This document shows, piece after piece, positions 52,873 to 64,000 of a stretch of DNA of 64,000 nucleotides. This DNA comes from Octopus sinensis. Lineage: Eukaryota. Every line of letters starts with the position of its first letter. Position 1 is the stretch's first letter. Below the pieces are notes generated by a model. That model was not told where the DNA came from. It did no database searches and saw only the letters and a list, made by a program, of their open reading frames with translations. The position numbers and the translations under genes were made by a program. Location: positions 9,610,001 through 9,674,000 of the forward strand of contig NC_042997.1 in the NCBI RefSeq assembly GCF_006345805.1, given 5' to 3'.

Positions 52873-53460
52873 TATTATTCTTGTTGATAAAGTAAGGGAG
52901 CTGGAAGAATCGTTAGCAGGTTGGGCGAAATACTTGCTAGCATTTCATCCATCTTTGCGTGCTGAGTTCAAATTCTGCCAAGGTTGACTTTGCCTTTCAT
53001 CCTCTTGAGGTCAATAAAATTAGTACCAGCTGAGTACTGGGGTCAATGTAATTGTCTTTTCCCCTCCCTTATAATTGGTGGCCTTGTTCCAAAATTTGAA
53101 ACCAATATTGTTCCTGTTAATAAGGCAGTGAGCTGGCACAATTTTTAGTTGCATTCCTTCAGGCTCTCAATGTTCTGAGTTCAAATTCTGCCAAGGTTGA
53201 CTTTGCCTTTCATGCTTTCAGTATCAATAAAATAAGCATCAGTTGAACACAGGGACCAAAGTAATTTAGTATTCTCTTCACCTAAGAAAATTGATGATCT
53301 TGTGGCAAAATCTGAACGAATGTTATTGCTGTTAAGTTTATCTGTGCTGTAGGAAGCCAAATTATAATCCAAAAGATTTTTAGAGCTTTCAAATTCTTGA
53401 TTTTAGAATGCTTTTTTAATTCAGTGAATCATTTAAGTATTGTTGCTGGCTCCTTCAAAA

Positions 53461-53832
53461 TCTATATATATAAAGCTGAAGTTGTCTGTGTATGGCAGGT
53501 TTGGTAGCCTTCAACCAACACTATCTCCTCCGAAATCCTGCGGTGCAAGTTGACCAAAATTGAGAGTATGATAGAAGAAGGCTTGTTAACACCAAATCAG
53601 ACCATGTTAATACCAAAAATTATTTACATCAAAAAGATGCTTTTTTTCTATGAAAATCCCTATTTTTTACGATTTTTTGACTGCTGTGTCACCATTTTTC
53701 GGTGTATTTCAACCGGAAAAATGTTCACTCAAAGAAAATAACAAGCTACATAATGCAAAAATTTTTACTTTTCAAAAATTCCAATTCTAAAGGGCTGAAA
53801 CAAACCCGAGCAACGCCGGGCGATACTGCTAG
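53461..53832 (+). mobile_element. Non-autonomous Helitron-like element
   Basis: Starts A|TC (tctatatatataaag); ends with the GC hairpin cccgagcaacgccggg followed by CTAG|T. Confidence 0.75.
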
Positions 53833-53833
53833 T

Positions 53834-54064
53834 ATCGGCGATCTGGCAGAAAAGTTAGCACGCCGGTCGAAATGCTTAGCTGTATTTCGTCTGCCATTAC
53901 GTTGTGAGTTAAAATTCTGCCAAGGTCGACTTTACCTTTCATCCTTTCGGGGTCGATAAATTAAGTACCAGTTACACACTGGGGTTGATGTAATCGATTT
54001 AATACCTATGTCTGTCCTTGTTTGTCCTCTCTGTGTTTAGCCCCTTGTGGGTAATAAAGAAATA
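53834..54064 (+). mobile_element. SINE family C
   Basis: Family core; 12-bp TSD GATACTGCTAGT (53822-33, 54065-76). Confidence 0.9.
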
Positions 54065-54444
54065 GATACTGCTAGTTTTATTATATAGCTATCATGGCTT
54101 CATAAATTCCAGTTGTTTTATTGCTGCAGCATCAGGGTTAGGTATTTCTTGTATTGGCTTCCCACAAATATTTAGATGCTGACTCCATTGTGTTGAACAA
54201 TCTTCTCTGTAGTGACTTATTTGCTGCCCATTGTCCTGCCCAGAATTCTCTTTTTGTTGGCACTGCAGCGATTTCTATTTCATTCATATCTAGTTCTTCA
54301 TGTAATTGCTTTCAGTTGCAGTAAAACTTTGTTTTGTTCAGAAAAAATTATTGTCTCTTTTCATACTGACAAAATCTCTGCAACTTAGAGAAGCTCTCTT
54401 CTTCAGATTCATGCTATTCCAGGTACAACTCATTTTATGGTATA

Positions 54445-55420
54445 TCATCATCATCGATTAACATCGATTTTCCATGCTGGCATGGGTTGGATGGTTTGAC
54501 TGAGGTCTGGAGGGCCAGTGGACACACAAGGCTCCAATCTGGTCTGGCAGAGTTCTACAGCTGGATGCCCTTCCTAATGCCAGCCAGTCTGAGAATGTAG
54601 TGGGTGCTTTCTACGTACCACAGGCACTGGAGCCAGTATGGTAAGCCTGGCAACAAACATGTTCAGATGGTGCTTTTTACGTGCCACCAGAACAGAAGAC
54701 AGTCAGGGGGTTCTGGCATTGGTCACGATCAGTTGGTGCTTTTTACATGCCACTGGCACAGGAGCCAGTCAAGCAATCCTGGCATCAACGATATTCAGAT
54801 GGTGCTTTTTACATACCATCAACATGGGAGCCAGTCAGTGGGCACCAGCTCCAACTACAATATTGGTTTTACTTGACTCAACAGGTCTTCTCAAGCATAT
54901 CATATCGCCTGATGCATCAGGAGTATTCTTAACAGGGCTGGACATATGTGGCTGCAATGTCACTTTATTTGCTGGGTCTTCCCAATCACAGCATATCTCC
55001 AAAGGTCCTGGTCTCCTGTCATTGCTTCTCTGTGGCCCATAGTTTGAAGGTCATACTTTACCACCTCATCCCATGTCTTCCTGGGTCTACTTCTTCCACA
55101 AGTTCCTTCTACAGTTAGGGAGTGGCACTTCTTCACATTACTGTCTTCATTCATACATAACACATGACCATACCAGCGCAGTCATCTCTCTTTCACACCA
55201 CATTTTATATTTCTTATGCCCAACTTTTCTCTCGGGGTGCTTACACTATGTCATGTATGCACACTGACATTACACATCCAGTGAATTATACTAGCTTCAT
55301 TTCTTTCAAGCCTACGCATGTCCTCGGCATTCATGGCCCATATTTCACTGCTGTGTAGCATGGCAGTTCGCAGACATGCATCATACAGTCTACCTGTCAC
55401 CCTGAGCAGGTTTCTTGAAG
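54445..55420 (-). mobile_element. RTE-type LINE 3' part
   Basis: VKKCHSLTVEGTCGRSRPRKTWDEVVK; tandem 3'UTR units; (GAT)n tail. Confidence 0.88.
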
Positions 55421-55634
55421 TTAGTATTCTTTTACTCTTTTACTTGTTTCAGTCATTTGACTGTGGCCATGAGGGAGCACCACCTGTAGTCGAGCAAATC
55501 AACTCCAGGACTTATACTTTGTAAGTCTAGCACTTATTCTATCGGTCACTTTTGCCGAACTGCTAAGTTACAGGTTGTAAACACACCAGCATCAGTTGTC
55601 ATGTGATGTTGGGGGGACAAACACAGACACACGA

Positions 55635-55667
<33 letters not shown>

Positions 55668-56299
55668 CATACATACACACACACATATATATATATATAT
55701 CATCATCATCATCATCACCGTTTAACATCTACTTTCCATGCTGTCATTGGATTGGATGGATTGATTGAGGGCTGGTAAGCCAGAAGGCTGCACTAGGCTC
55801 CAATCTGATCTGGCAATGTTTCTACAGCTGGATGCCCTTTGTAACGCCAAACATTCCGAGAGTGTAGTGGGTGCTTTGTACATGCCACCGGCATGAGGGC
55901 TAGTCAGGAAGTACTATATATATGTGTGTGTGTGTGTAAGTATGTATTTGTGTGTCTGTATTTGTCCCCCAAACATTACTTGACAACTGATGTTGATATG
56001 TTTACATCCCTGTAACTTAGCAGGTTGGCAAAAGAGAGTGATAGGATAAGTACTATGCTTATAAAGAATAAGTCCTGGGGTCGATTTGTTTGACTAAAAG
56101 CAGTGCTCCAGCATGACCACAGTTAGATGACTGAAACAAGTAAAAGAATAAAATAATACATACACACACACACACACACATATATATACAACCCGTGGTA
56201 GCATGAAAAACGGAAGTTAAAGGATGATGATGATATACATACACACACATACACACATACACATATATATATTGGATCATCCCATCAAGAATGTGGTGT

Positions 56300-56750
56300 T
56301 TTTATACTTCTCTTATTTTTCAGAATTAAGATAAACAAATTATTTTTTAATCTAAAATATACTCTCCTTCATTTTCTACAATGCTCTTTCATATATCTGG
56401 TTAGACTTGCAAGGCCTCTCTTCCAAATTTCATTTTGTCCATGACGAAAAATACTCCTCCAGTATTGATCACACCCCATATACAGAATTCATATTTTTTT
56501 CCCTCCAAATGATTTTGAAGACTGCAGAATAAATGATAATCTGATGGGGCAATGTCCAGCAAATATGGTTGGTGTGGAATCGTTTGCCATTCAAACTGTT
56601 TCAGCCTTTGGAATGTAATCCTTGCTGTATGTGATTGTGAAATATGTAGGCAAAATAGAAGCATATTTTTCGAGTATCCATTTTTGCCTATTCTGAGAGA
56701 CCTGAGGATTAAAGTCTGGCTCTCTAAATTGTGTGCATTTTCAATGAGTA
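56300..56750 (-). mobile_element. mariner transposase C-terminal fragment
   Basis: HTARITFQRL...IPHQPYLLDIAPSDYHLFCSLQNHL, a decayed YSPDLAPSDY motif. Confidence 0.75.
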
Positions 56751-57539
56751 CCATCATCATCATCATCATCATCATCATCATTTAGCGTCCGTTTTCCATG
56801 CTAGCATGGGTTGGATGGTTCAACTGGGGTCTGTGAAACCGGAAGGCTGCATCAGGCCCAGTCAGATCTGGCAGTGTTTCTACGTCTGGATGCCCTTCCT
56901 AACGCCAACCACTTCGTGAGTGTAGTGGGTGCTTTTTACGTGCCACCCGCACAGGTGCCAGTCAGATTTGTATGCTTTATTTTCATACTTCATCAGCTTC
57001 AAAATACTAACGCATCACTTTCTTTTTCTTCAGATATAATGCATTTAATGTTTTCCCTTTTTCCAAGCCATGTCATACGAGGGGCATTTGCCTGCCATTT
57101 CTAAAATATGGGAAGAACCAGTTAAAGTATTCTTATTATTGGTACTTAGTGGTTGTGCTGAGAATGAAGCCAACAAATTCAATATAATGATGACAACGCT
57201 GATAATGGAATGGAATTGCTTTGATCAGGGAATTTTTGATGAAAAAAAAACATATAAAAAAGAGAGTTATTAGGAGAGAGATAGACAAATAGACAGACAG
57301 ACGCACAGACACACAGAAGAGAGAACAGTATATCTAACTTTATAATTGTATGTATATAATATAACACACACACACATATATATATATATGACATAGCAAT
57401 GTCAACCTTCCCTCCTTCACCAAAAACCAATCATATAAAATTGTACAATGAAAATGTGATTACACTGGTAGTGCTCCAGCATGACCACAGCCTTAGGGCT
57501 GAAAAGCATAAAAGAATAAAAGACTATATATATATAAGA

Positions 57540-57614
57540 ATGTGTGTGTTAATATACATATATATTTATATGTTTATATCTATCTATCTATCTACTTTTC
57601 TATCTATCTACTTT

Positions 57615-57681
<67 letters not shown>

Positions 57682-57684
57682 GTC

Positions 57685-57716
<32 letters not shown>

Positions 57717-57822
57717 TGTATGTATGTATTCGTGTATATATACAACTTTGTATTATGTGTGTACATACACATATATGAATTCATATATATACGTGTATAT
57801 GTATATGTATATATATATATAA

Positions 57823-57866
<44 letters not shown>

Positions 57867-57960
57867 TATATATAAATAAATATATATATATATATAGAGA
57901 GAGAGAGGGAGACAGAGAGTGGGGGGAGAGAGAGGAAGAGAAAGAGAGAGGGAGAAAAAG
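57540..57960. repeat. Compound (ATCT)n(ATGT)n(AT)n(AG)n microsatellite
   Basis: Directly visible. Confidence 0.95.
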
Positions 57961-58245
57961 ATCTTCCCAAGAGATAATTAGGAGATTAGAAATGTATAGT
58001 GAAATTGATGTTGTTTCTTGTGACATGATAACTTGGGGAGACATTGATGGATGGCATTTTCTGGCCAGAGGCACACCTATTGATGATGTCATGAAGAATA
58101 ATCACATACTAAATACTCTGTTGAATACTGAGTAGTACAAGTGTGTGTATCTATGTTTCATGTTTCTGTGTGTCATACTCACTGCTTTGTGTGTGTGTAT
58201 GTGATTGTACACAATCACACATTTCTTGAAGCATAACTACATATG

Positions 58246-58300
<55 letters not shown>

Positions 58301-58819
58301 TGATGTGTGTTTGTATGGCCATGTCTGTGAATGTGTGTGAAAGCTATTAAGCTTATAGAGCTGTGTATGTATATATCTCAGTATATTTTTTTGTAAGATA
58401 TCCTCTCATCTTCCATGTTAGTGCATACATGTCTGTATGTCAGCCTAGTTACATGTAACTAGGTATGTTTGTATTATTATGTGTTGTTTCAATTTCTAAA
58501 CACTTGTCTTTCAGCTTCTGTTTGTATATGAATGTGAATGTTTTCTAATCTATATGTCAATCCATTCCATGTAATTGCATAGCCTCAATAACAGAAATTA
58601 TTATACACTTAATTGAAGTATGCAACAAATAGAATCTGCTGAGTAGGTGACAAAATTACGAGATTTTGATATACTCTCAGTAAAATAAAGTATTGCATTA
58701 TCTTACTCATGTATGGACATGATAAAAGGATTTTCTCTGTACTGACTCTATTGTTTTATATTCACATCAGCTTACATCGATTTAGAATATTTTGCAAATA
58801 GGTTTATTCATATTCTAGC

Positions 58820-59495
58820 ACAGTTGAGGGAAACTGTGGAAGAGGTAGATCCAGGAAGACCTGGGATGAAGTGGCGAAGCACGACCTTTGAAATTTAGGC
58901 CTCACCAAGGAAATGACTAGTGACTGAGACTTTTGGAAATATGCTGTGCTTGAGAAGACCCGGAAAGACAAATGAGACCATAACTTCATGTCCTATGCCA
59001 GGGGCATACCTTTTCCTTCTTTGGACACTAAACTCTGCTTGCGAAGACCTGTTGAGGCAAGTGAAATCAAAATTAAAATCAAATTCGATGACTGGCATCC
59101 GTGCTAGTAGGGTACAAAGAGCACTATACAAGTGTGATCGTCGACTGAGTGGCTAACTGGCTTCCGTGCCGGTGGGACGTGAAAGGCACCATTCGAGTGT
59201 GATCATTACCAGCATCACTTTACTGGCACCTGTGCTGGTGGCATATGTAAAAAGATTCGAGCAAGGTCATTGCCAGTACCACCTGACTGGCCCCCATGCC
59301 AGTGGCACGTAAAAGCACCCACTACACTCTCAGAGTGGTTGGCGTTAGGAAGGGCATCTAGCTGTAGAAAGTCTGCCAGATCAAGATTGGAGCCTGGTGC
59401 AGCCATCTGGTTCACCAGCCCTCGGTCAAATCGTCCAGCCCATGCTAGCATGGAAAGCAGACGTTAAATGACGATGATGATGATGATGATGATGA
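58820..59495 (+). mobile_element. RTE-type LINE 3' end
   Basis: Colinear with 5772-6510; (GAT)n tail. Confidence 0.88.
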
Positions 59496-60597
59496 TCGCC
59501 ATTTTTGCATCAAACAAGTAAACGTTTGCAAAGACTCATCTAAGTACGCTTCTAATGAGGCTTAGTAAAACTGGTTATGTTTTTATTTAGAATTATTGGT
59601 ATGACAAACTTAATCACATATGGGATTTTTCAGCTCCTCTTAGTATTCTTGAATTACCCAAGATCAACATGATTCATCAATAATATCCATAACTTATACA
59701 CATTTTGAATCACATAAAAATAACAATAAAGGCTTAATTTAATTGGGTCAATCACATGCTAATGAAGTCATTAACTGAAACAAGAAAATACCATCCATTC
59801 ACTACTTGATCCACAACTATCTTTTTTGTAGTTTCCATTTACAATGGAGGTTGATTTATTTCATTAAGGAATATAGTTCACAAATAAAAATTAAGTGAAA
59901 TTAGATCAGAATTTGAATTTTGATTCATTGAAACAGTAAGAGAAATGTGAATGCATATGACACTTTTGGCATCAGTTGTTTGTTATCATAAATTTCTGAC
60001 TTCTCTCATTTTAACTGACCATGAAATGGAAATTCACAGATTTGAATCAAATGTCCAGTTTTATGTTACATTTCATTTTTTTAATTTTTTGTTTTAAAAT
60101 TTTGTTTTTACTAACATTTGGAACAAATACATGTAATTAGACAAAATTGATTTTATTTGCACATGCAATTAACCCATCAATTTTACATATGATAGATTTG
60201 ATATTAAACAGTTTAGTGTTTTGAAAATTATTCAAATTAACTCATTTATGTTATCTGGTTTGCAGTTAGGCTATAGAGCTTGTATTTCAATCTGTTTCTT
60301 TGCTTCTGTATAATGGAAATCAATGGAAAGTCAAACAGACATCAATGAAGATGTTAGCTTCTAATGTTAGTACACACCTACATACCTACATACATACATA
60401 CATAAATACATAAATACATACATGAACGTTGAAATTGAGTTGTAAGAATGAAGAAGAAATGCTTAAAACATGCTGGAAAGTAAATAGCTTATTGAAATTT
60501 AAGTAATAAGATAAGAATTCAGTTGCAATAGGCTAGACAGGTACATAGATGCATATACACACACATGTACACTCACACGCACACACATACACACATA

Positions 60598-60828
60598 GGC
60601 GGCGAGCTGGCAGAAACGTTAGCACGCCGGGCAAAATGCGTAGCTGTATTTCATCTGCCGTTACGTTCTGAGTTCAAATTCCGCCAACGTCGACTTTGCC
60701 TTTCATCATTTCGGGGTCGATAAATAAAGTACCAGCTTCGCACTGGGGTCGATGTAATCGACTTACTCCTTTTGTCTGTCCTTGTTTGTCCCCTCTGTGT
60801 TTAGCCCCTTATGGGCAGTAAAGAAAAA
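60598..60828 (+). mobile_element. SINE family C
   Basis: Intact head ggcggcgagctggcagaaacgttagc; flanking acatacacacata duplication. Confidence 0.9.
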
Positions 60829-60876
60829 ACATACACACATACAAACACAATTTACACAAACACTCTCAAATGTATT

Positions 60877-61272
60877 ATTCTTTTATTCTTTTACTTGTTT
60901 CAGTCATTTGACCGTGGCTATGCTGGAGCACCACCTTTAGTCAAACAAATCGACCCCTCAACTAATTCTATATAAGCCTTGTACTTATTCTATCGGTCTC
61001 TTTTGGCTGAACCATTAAGTTACAGGACGTAAACATTCGAACATCAGTTGTCAAGCAATGGTGGAGGGGACAAACACATATACTAGCACACACACATACA
61101 CACACACACACATATATGGCGGGCTTCTTTTAGTTTTCATCTACCAAGTCCACTCAAAGCTTTGTTCGGCCTGCGGTTATAGTAGAAGACACTTGTCCAA
61201 GGTGCCATGCAGTAGGACTGAACTTGGAGCTATGTGGTTGGGAAGCAAGCTTCTTACCACACAGCCACTCCT
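60877..61272 (-). mobile_element. SINE family A
   Basis: Reverse complement head and tail. Confidence 0.85.
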
Positions 61273-61278
61273 GATTGC

Positions 61279-61323
61279 CGTACGCTGAAGACAGGCAAAT
61301 ACCTAGAAACTGCAGTCCATGCG
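61279..61323 (+). ncRNA. Minimal type-I hammerhead motif with perfectly palindromic stem III
   Basis: cguacg-CUGAAGA-c-agg(caaaua)ccu-a-GAAAC-UGCA-GUC-caugcg; ACUGCAGU is self-complementary; one mismatch in stem I. Confidence 0.7.
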
Positions 61324-61557
61324 TATCACTTAGGTTGACGAGAGAGGGATGACCTCCCTTTGCAAATACCATAAGAGAACAGAAAGTGTGCCTAAAGCCA
61401 GCTGGAGACGATGATCTCCTGGGGTTACAAGCTACAGTAACACCCACCTTTAGTGGTTAGCCATATTGAGATGGCTAGTATACTTTACATTTTCGTGCAG
61501 TTTCTGTTTACATCTCGTTCAGAGATTTATTATTGCTATATATATATATATATATAT

Positions 61558-62186
61558 ATTATTGCAAATTTGGGATTTTACCAATAGAACCGCAACACCT
61601 TTTCCAGGATAACCTTATTGTATGGAATACACATAGAAAGTTATATCCAATAAAATAATAAAAATAAAATAATATAACCAATTAATAAACCTACTATAAA
61701 ATACAATAAAATTATTTGAAAAAATATTTGAAAATATATATATAGCTTACCTATTATTAGTGTGGGGAAAGAAAATATTTTTAATCACTGCTACATGTGT
61801 TTCTGCATTGGTGGGGTGTTTATTAAGGCTATATCTAATACATAAATCCACCAGTGCGATCCATTAATAATAATAACAATAAGGTAAATAGCCTGAGGAT
61901 GCACTGGTGGATTTATGTATTAAGTATAGCCTTAATAAATACACACCAGTGCAGAAACACGTGCAGCATTGATTAAAAATATCTTCTAATAATAGGTAAG
62001 TTATATATATATTTTCAAATAATTTTTCAAATAATTTTATTGTATTTTATAGTAGGTTTTTTAAATGCTTATATTATTTAATTATAATTATTTTTTGGAT
62101 ATGACTTTCTATGTGTATTCCATACAATAAGGTTTCCTGAAATAGAAGTTGCGGTTCTATTAGTAAAATCCCAAATTTGTAATAAT
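61558..62186. repeat. ~630-bp fold-back palindrome (~300-bp arms, ~35-nt spacer)
   Basis: attattgcaaatttgggatttta...aaatccaccagtgc / gcactggtggattt...taaaatcccaaatttgtaataat, with small indels. Confidence 0.92.
61886..61970 (+). ncRNA. Hammerhead motif at the centre of the 630-bp palindrome (triplet reads GCA)
   Basis: aaauagc-CUGAGGA-u-gcacuggug...caccagugc-a-GAAAC-ACGU-GCA-gcauu; the inverted twin has GUA at the triplet. Confidence 0.68.
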
Positions 62187-63317
62187 ATTATGATGCTGTT
62201 TACATTGCATTAGTAAGGTGTAAAATAGTAATTGTCCTGATAACCTGGAATACTTATTATTCCCTAAGATTTAAAAATATATATATATGAGGCACAGACG
62301 TGGCTGTGTAGAAAGAAGTTTGCTTCCCAAAGAAGTTTACTTCACATGGTTCTGGGTTCAATCCCACTACATGGCACTTTGGGCAAATGTCTACTACTAT
62401 AGCTTTGAAGTGACCAAAGCCTTTTGAGTGGATTTGATAGATGGATTTAATCAAAGAAACCCATCATGTGTGTGCATGTGCATTTGTGCCTGTACATGTG
62501 TGCATGTACATGTGCATATGTGCATGTGTGTGTGTATGTATCTGTATTTATGTATGTATCATCATGATCACAATCTTGCATCCACTTTCCCATGCAAGCA
62601 TGAATGGATTGGATGGGGTTTATAGAGTCCGATTTTCTTTGGACTGTTTCCAAGAAAGGCATTATTTTCCCATGGGTAATCATGTCTTAGAAGAATATTG
62701 GAAATGAATGACACTGCTCATATGACTGTGATATTGATTTACAAACTATCATGAGATGTCAAAACAAGGAGACCCAAATGTACACAGATGAACAGTCACA
62801 CATGCATTTATATATTCATACAAACACACACACATATATATGTACGTATGTATATGTCATTGGCAAATGGTGTGGCAGTTAAAGGTGTTGCACTCATGAT
62901 AGCATGATCATGATTTCAGTTCCAGGAGCGTGTGGTGTGTTATGTTATTGAGCAAAACCCTTCATCACACCTTGCTCTGCAATCATTTCACCATCTGACT
63001 CATGATACACCATGCAGCAGTTCAGACAATGTTCATTTGATGTACAGTAAAAATATTTGATCACTACATACAAGTCCTTTGTGCAGGATTTTCAGCAAGT
63101 AATTGCAAACTGTCTTTCTTAGGCTATGAGACACTACCATCATATATATATATAAAATTAATCAAAGGACATACTAAGTATGTCTACCTGCTAGAAATAA
63201 CAGTCAAAACTCTTATATAAAAAATGCCAAAATACACTGATAATAACTACAGAAATCAACCATCCGAAGGCAAAGGGGCTAAGACACTCTCTCAGCATAC
63301 ATTCAAGTATTTGGACT

Positions 63318-63371
63318 CACACGGACTGGTTTCTGAACTGGCACTTATAGCTTCACCTTCCTCAGTATGCG
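63318..63371 (-). ncRNA. Hammerhead-like motif with poorly formed stem II
   Basis: cgcaua-CUGAGGA-25 nt-GAAAC-CA-GUC-cgugug. Confidence 0.4.
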
Positions 63372-63565
63372 TTAATTCTTCAGCTATTTAATGCGGTTTG
63401 GGGGTTTGCAACTGCCTGTATTATTGATTATGTTATTATCATTTTAAAATTGTTACACTAGATAATAATAGAGTCAAGGATATCTTCACAAGTATTTTCT
63501 CCTGAATTACTTGCTACATGTGTATATATATATATCAAAATAAGCAACAAGGATATCCAGAGATA

Positions 63566-63654
63566 ATGCAGTATGATCGTTTCATGCAACTCTATTTAAT
63601 TGAACAATGCAATCATTGCATCAATTTAAAATGCAGAGCAATCTTCAGCTGCAC
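63566..63654 (-). ncRNA. Minimal hammerhead motif, one substitution at the cleavage triplet
   Basis: gugcag-CUGAAGA-u-ugcucu...agaguugca-u-GAAAC-GAUC-AUA-cugcau; 6-bp stem I; G>A relative to palindromic ACGAUCGU/GUA. Confidence 0.62.
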
Positions 63655-64000
63655 AAAGACATAGAATTTAATTAAATTAGAACAGATGGACACATTAGTA
63701 TAATCATACCTAAAATCTCCAAGAAGTTAAGGAGATAGACAAAGAACATGCTGTTCTTACTCCAGCATAGAAGTTACTAAGCTTTTCAAGAAGATATACA
63801 ATATTTAAGTGTACAATGTGTATAAATATTAAACTATTTCTGGATAAGTTTGGTATATACTCAAAAGTATTCATAAATCTGTATCCTTTTATTATAATAT
63901 TCTTCTTAATAATCCTCTGAATAACCCTAAACTTTAACTTTATACAATATAGCAACATTGTTTAAAATATTTAACTATAGTACTACATGATAAGACTTCC

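Noticed and set aside
40540-64000. Upstream PBRM1 exons (HMG box, BAH)
   Set aside because: Minus-strand donor/acceptor pairs examined (e.g. near 43900, 52264, 58710, 63709) gave stops, transposon peptides or unrelated text; none resembled PBRM1.

Overview
AT-rich, repeat-dense animal genomic DNA. The SINE/LINE repertoire and long TA/CA/ATC microsatellites look like an octopus genome (inference from recognition, not from a search). Only one host coding segment is clearly identifiable: the terminal coding exon of Polybromo-1 (PBRM1/BAF180) on the minus strand (~40289-39434), carrying long polyQ/polyH tracts. No upstream PBRM1 exon was recognised in 40.3-64 kb. Most of the window is transposon debris: three abundant tRNA-headed SINE families (labelled A, B and C here), RTE, CR1 and R4/Dong LINE fragments, DD37D and DD34D Tc1/mariner remnants, a Chapaev3-type element with both TIRs and a TAA target duplication, TTAA-flanked MITEs and a non-autonomous Helitron. 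The most notable unannotated signal is a cluster of minimal type-I hammerhead ribozyme motifs (CUGAnGA...GAAAC-palindrome-NUH) between 45.9 and 63.7 kb. Two of them sit inside long fold-back palindromes, an arrangement typical of Penelope-like element termini. Also notable are inverted SINE pairs and a candidate 6-nt plus-strand microexon just downstream of the PBRM1 stop. Almost all ORFs in the supplied track are microsatellite or repeat artefacts. Repeat boundaries were read by eye and are approximate unless a TSD or TIR is quoted.
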